A stretch of DNA of 64,000 bases from Cyanobacteria bacterium P01_A01_bin.123 (GTDB taxonomy: Bacteria; Cyanobacteriota; Cyanobacteriia; Phormidesmidales; Phormidesmidaceae): positions 96,001-160,000 of the forward strand of contig JBCBZT010000010.1 of assembly GCA_039815185.1 (NCBI GenBank), read 5' to 3'. The number at the start of each line of letters is the position of its first letter. Position 1 is the stretch's first letter. Below are positions 61,808 through 64,000 of the stretch, one piece after another. The notes under the pieces are model-generated. The model was not told the DNA's origin. It saw nothing but the letters and a program-made list of their open reading frames with translations, and searched no databases. The position numbers and the translations under genes were made by a program.

Positions 61808-64000
61808 CTAAACGGTTGCTGTTTCAAGTTGCGGCGCGACAATAAAGGCTCGCTCTATGCCTTGGGGCGTTTCAAAGTCTGCTAAATCTATGCCAGCGAT
61901 ATCGACATCCGATAGGCCCAAACTTTTTAACAAGCGGGTTCTGGCAGTTTCGACTGCTTGAGAGGTCAGGCTTTCGCCAATCTTTTGTTCTCTGGCATCT
62001 TCATCAGTCTCTTCATTTTTGGCAAACCGTGAACCTGACTGCCATTGATAGGCGTTTTCAACAGATTCGGTGTCGTAGGCTAGGTTCTTACGCTCAATCG
62101 ATTGAGTCACGCCAGCCAGTGGCGGGTTGGCGGGTTTGAGGGTGTATCCGGACAAAACATTGTTGATCAAGCCTTCCCTCGTCGGGTCAGTGGTATTGGA
62201 TTCTCCCCACAAGCCAGCCGGAATGTTTTTCGCAATCGGCACACAGGTTAAACCGCTCTCCTGAGAGACTTCTCTGCCGTCTGCTCCAATTTTTGTGAGC
62301 GAAATATGGTACTTCGACTCGGTGAAATCTCGATTTTTGACAGCCATCGGTGCGATGCCAAAGGTTGTTGTTTGAGGCGTTTCGCCAGCGGCTGTCTGCT
62401 CCTGAAAGGAAACTTGTTCAAATTCGGGCTCTTTAATCGGAATCACAGAGCTGGCAGTCAACGCAAAGTCTTTGGGATTAACGACAAAAATTTCCGCATC
62501 ACCTTCGCCGATTTTGCGCAGTAAGCCACTTTCAACCGTAAGGGTGCAAACATCTTGATTAGACGGTAAGAAAGATTGCTTAAACTCTGACCAGTTGAGC
62601 GCAGGTGGTTTCTGCTGAGAACGACTGCCAAAGCTAACGGTAAAGGAAACGATTCTAAGACGAATTCTGGCTTTGCCGGAGAATTTGGGGCCCCAAATGT
62701 GCAAATCAGCACCGACTTGGATTGAAATTTTTCTGGTCCGCCTGAAAATGCGGAAGCTGTAGGAGGCACCGATACTAACGCCAATCCGCGCATCATAAAA
62801 ATAGGGCTGCCAAGAGACAATAAAGTGGGCATAGGCAACATACCACGCTTTAATTCTGCCAGATTTCCAATTGGCTTCTAAGCGTCCGCCAGCCATAATC
62901 GCGGAAGCGGTGAGTGCGAAATACAGACTGCCTTTGACACTTAAGTTTTTGCTAATGCGCCAGTTGAGTGCCAGGGGATCGACTCTGGGATAGTGGTCTG
63001 GAATCTGGAAGCGGGGATGATAGCCGCCTACGGTGAGGACAAAGTCTCCTTTATAGGGGCCAGAGAACCAAGTGTAGAAAGCGAAGCCGCCGCTGAGTCG
63101 GCAATCACGGTCAAACAGATAGGAGTCAGGCAGGATTTTGCCTTCAACCTGAAGGATGCCTTCGGCGGGGGCGAATCGAGCCACGATGGCAAATCGAACC
63201 TGGGCGAGCGGAGGCACCAGGGGCTTACTACTGCCAGGCGGCAGGGGTGGGGAAATAAGGGTAGAGATGCCGAATAGGTCGAGGATGAATTGATCGCCGA
63301 AGCTAGCAACGAGCAAGACGAAGGATTCAACAAGTTTGAAAGAGGTGAACTTGATGCCCACCGCTAGCATGATGCGCCCAACTTTTGGCGGAATGGAGGG
63401 GCGCAGTTCTTGCTGGAGAGCGATGAGTTCGGCAGGATCGGCGGGGGTGCGGTTAAGTGCGGCACGAACGAGGGGAAACTGAGGAATGTCGTCGAGCGTG
63501 GGTGGAATGAGTTCGCGGTTGTAGGCAAAGCCAAGGGCGAGTCCGGTGATGTAGAAGAAGGGGGAGCCGCCCAGGGGTTTGTTGAGGATGCCGTAGATAA
63601 AGAGAGAAGGATGGCCGTTGAAGTTGGTGTAGGAACCGAGCGCGGCGATGCTGAAGGTTTTGGTTTTGACGATGATGGCACCGGAGTATTCATCTCTGCC
63701 ATCAACGGTGGTTCTAAGTAAGGCTCCTTGAATAGCAAGGGTTCCTTTGCTTTCGTAGCTAACGCCAAGGCCCTGGAGCTGGAATTTGGGCTGGAATTTT
63801 TTGATGGGGGAGCCGATGGATAAGCCGTCTAGGGTGAGGTTGAGTCCGGCAGTGGCGATCGCAGCATCTAAGAGAAACCAAAGTACATCGTCTTGGTATT
63901 GGACGCCGATTCTAGCCAAGTGAAGCGGCCCTAATTTCTTATTCAGAGAGTACCACTGAGCACTATCGGAGGAAGCATTCTCAGAGAGCGTGCTGTCGAG
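61808..64000 (-). CDS. DUF6603-like large beta-rich protein (5' end beyond the window)
   Basis: Frame open to the window edge (LDSTLSENASSDSAQWYSLNKKLGPLHLARIGVQY...); GGSPFFYITGLALGFAYNR, LSGGFAFYTWF, DFVLTVGGYHPRF, YFALTASAIMAGG. Confidence 0.7.
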   Translation of the reverse strand, partial: LDSTLSENASSDSAQWYSLNKKLGPLHLARIGVQYQDDVLWFLLDAAIATAGLNLTLDGLSIGSPIKKFQPKFQLQGLGVSYESKGTLAIQGALLRTTVDGRDEYSGAIIVKTKTFSIAALGSYTNFNGHPSLFIYGILNKPLGGSPFFYITGLALGFAYNRELIPPTLDDIPQFPLVRAALNRTPADPAELIALQQELRPSIPPKVGRIMLAVGIKFTSFKLVESFVLLVASFGDQFILDLFGISTLISPPLPPGSSKPLVPPLAQVRFAIVARFAPAEGILQVEGKILPDSYLFDRDCRLSGGFAFYTWFSGPYKGDFVLTVGGYHPRFQIPDHYPRVDPLALNWRISKNLSVKGSLYFALTASAIMAGGRLEANWKSGRIKAWYVAYAHFIVSWQPYFYDARIGVSIGASYSFRIFRRTRKISIQVGADLHIWGPKFSGKARIRLRIVSFTVSFGSRSQQKPPALNWSEFKQSFLPSNQDVCTLTVESGLLRKIGEGDAEIFVVNPKDFALTASSVIPIKEPEFEQVSFQEQTAAGETPQTTTFGIAPMAVKNRDFTESKYHISLTKIGADGREVSQESGLTCVPIAKNIPAGLWGESNTTDPTREGLINNVLSGYTLKPANPPLAGVTQSIERKNLAYDTESVENAYQWQSGSRFAKNEETDEDAREQKIGESLTSQAVETARTRLLKSLGLSDVDIAGIDLADFETPQGIERAFIVAPQLETATV

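Noticed and set aside
1..64000. Numerous short antisense or nested ORFs in the track (e.g. 1060-1422, 30516-31004, 45034-45564, 51057-51533)
   Set aside because: They are shadows of well-supported genes on the opposite strand or in other frames, with no independent motifs.

Overview
This is 64 kb of a cyanobacterial chromosome, judged from frequent HIP1 octamers (GCGATCGC), the fused panC/cmk gene, glnN and PEP-CTERM proteins. The gene content resembles filamentous Leptolyngbya-type genomes, but that placement is inference. Bases 1-32.6 kb are mostly housekeeping and common cyanobacterial genes: NYN protein, lptC, rimJ-like GNAT, Ycf46-like AAA ATPase, SLC13 permease, rsmE, panC/cmk, rlpA, purM, prohibitin, a partner-switching pair, adenylate cyclase, a desaturase-like gene with GntR, and a PadR-controlled RND pump. 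About 32.66-49.5 kb is an accessory, partly decayed block. It begins with a remnant of an integron-type integrase and carries tandem RTX Ca-binding genes (one truncated), two PEP-CTERM proteins, a 1-Cys peroxiredoxin, NB-ARC/WD40 and BTAD/AAA regulators, TetR, a DUF4242-like protein, a mosaic NucA nuclease + lipase fusion and a PstS fragment. Then come glnN, ppk2, dapB, pyrB, tehB and a saccharopine-dehydrogenase-like gene. The right edge holds the 3' end of an uncharacterised large-protein operon (DUF6603-like protein, cut by the window edge, plus a 731-aa partner). Several MITE-like palindromic elements and candidate operators (PadR, GntR, TetR, NtcA, HLR1-like) are visible. I found no CRISPR array, rRNA or complete tRNA. 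All family assignments come from recognising motifs by eye; no database search was run.
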